Source: Thecamonas trahens ATCC 50062
Taxonomy: Eukaryota > Protista > Apusomonadida
Length of the DNA stretch: 64,000 nt
Assembly (NCBI RefSeq): GCF_000142905.1
Contig: NW_013657674.1
Location: 567,278 to 631,277 of the forward strand
Direction of reading: 5' to 3'
In this document: piece after piece, positions 62,530 through 64,000 of the stretch
How the letters are laid out: each line of letters begins with the position of its first letter
How positions within the stretch are numbered: the stretch's first letter is position 1
The notes under the pieces: generated by a model
Database searches by the model: none
Told to the model about the DNA's origin: nothing
What the model saw: only the letters and a program-made list of their open reading frames with translations
Program-made: the position numbers and the translations under genes

Positions 62530-63666
62530 CACCTTCGAAGGGACACTGGGACAACAGCTTGGGCCTCAGATGGCAGAACTCGGATTCCGGAATACTGCAG
62601 CTGTGGATTGGATACTGTGCATGGGGAAGTGTGTGTATGTAGTCGGGTAGTAGTGAAATCAGATTGCGCATATCTTGCAATGAGGTTGGTGGGGGGCATG
62701 TGCGGGGTCGGGCGGTCGAGGGCGTGCTCAACCACCCAGGGCAAACAAGTCTACGCGGAAATGAGCCGAGGCAAATGGGTATCGATGATAGCGATATTGG
62801 TACTGGTGTTAATGTGGGCGAGTGATGACCTTGGGTGTGGTCGTGGGTCACGTAGCTGGTAGTAGGAAGGGGCTAGGTGGTGATGAAGGTGGGCTGATCG
62901 GGCGAGCGGGCGACGGCTGGCGGCTGGTGGTCGGCGAGGCAAGGACAGCAGAGGGGGCGGGGTCGGGACTAGGTGGCTAGAAGTTGCTGTTGGTCGGAGG
63001 ATGGGCAGTCTGGCATGTGATGGTTGAGGAGTGTGGGTATCGGAGTCGGGAATGAGGATGGGGGTGAGCTGGAGTGGGGAGAGGAGGAGGAGGAGGAGGA
63101 AGAGGAAGCCGAGTGCGCGATGGGATGGTGGTGGGCATGGCCAAGGCAAGGTGGTGGTGGTTGTCGCTAGGATGATAGTGATGGTGGTGGGGTAGGGGGT
63201 GGGGGTGGTCGTTTGTGGTGACGGGTGGTAATGAGTATGGTAGGGGGAGATGAGGGGGGTCGTGACGTGGGTGACGGGACGGGCGAAATGGTAGTAGGTA
63301 TGGCGATTGGGCTTGAGCATTGATGAAGGTGAGTATGATACGGCTGATGGGTGTGTGTGGGGTGTGGGCGATAGGGGCGGCGGGTACTTGGCCGGCAGAG
63401 GGAAGGCGGCGGACGTAAATTGAGTTGAGATGGACGTCGATGGAGACGATGGCTTGGGATTGGAGGACAATGCAGACCACTGCACTGTAGTCCACCACTG
63501 CGTTGGATACCGTTTGCCCTTGCCCCCTCTTGTTCTTCCTTGTCTTGGCCAGCCCGGTGGCTTCGTCGTCTGGCTCGGTGGTCGGCGGCAGGGGCAGCTG
63601 GTGATGAGCAGGCCGGCGGGGGCTGTGATGGGCAAGGCCGGAGGAGGGAGGGGAGGAGTGGGTTAA

Positions 63667-63978
63667 AGGGCAGACTGGTAGTCATTGTCAATGCTGTGGC
63701 TATCCGTATGCATCGTCTCCAATGCCCTGTGCATGGCTAGCTTGCTCTCGGTGGTGCCGGAGGTGGTCGGTTGGCGGCGGGCGGCGGTCGGCGGCGAGCA
63801 GCAGGCGGCCGGCAGCGATGCTGTTGACGGGATGGCGTCGGCTGATGTGAATATCGGCGGGCAGGAAGTGGGTGGATATGTTTGCAGGGGTAGTGAGTGT
63901 GTGTGGTGTATGTGTGGTGGTTGTGGGTGGAGATGGTCGGGAGTGGGGGTCGGAGATGGGCCCGGGGCGGGGGGTCAG
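63667..63978. repeat. Diverged ~300-bp direct repeat, copy 2
   Basis: Colinear similarity with 62224-62529. Confidence 0.85.
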
Positions 63979-64000
63979 TACAGACCTACCGTTAGGGAAC

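Overview
Eukaryotic, GC-rich, gene-dense and intron-poor genomic DNA with three assembly gaps (about 9396-9567, 14311-14573 and 38678-38777). It carries about 30 protein-coding genes, mostly in tail-to-tail pairs with very short 3' gaps. A few spliceosomal introns (GTACG/GTATG/GTAAG...AG) lie near gene 5' ends. The gene mix (hybrid histidine kinase, HRDLAARN tyrosine kinase, claudin-like protein, minimal iGluR, Deltex, Rab32) fits an amorphean protist such as an apusomonad (Thecamonas-like); this is inference only. No rRNA, tRNA, CRISPR or transposase could be supported. Best leads: (1) a GluR0-like glutamate-receptor channel with M4 but no ATD, whose TVGYGD filter is replaced by KTKAAD; (2) a motor-dead pseudo-kinesin; (3) a kinesin-3-like motor ending in two Ras-association-like domains, two genes from an LRR-RasGEF; (4) a SAM-tyrosine kinase with an N-terminal QSTSxNR domain; (5) a bacterial-type S41 protease lacking its catalytic Ser; (6) three tandem BAHD-type acyltransferases with gene-conversion tracts. 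Several genes carry single-base frameshifts, probably sequence errors but testable. All family calls come from motif recognition by eye, not database searches.
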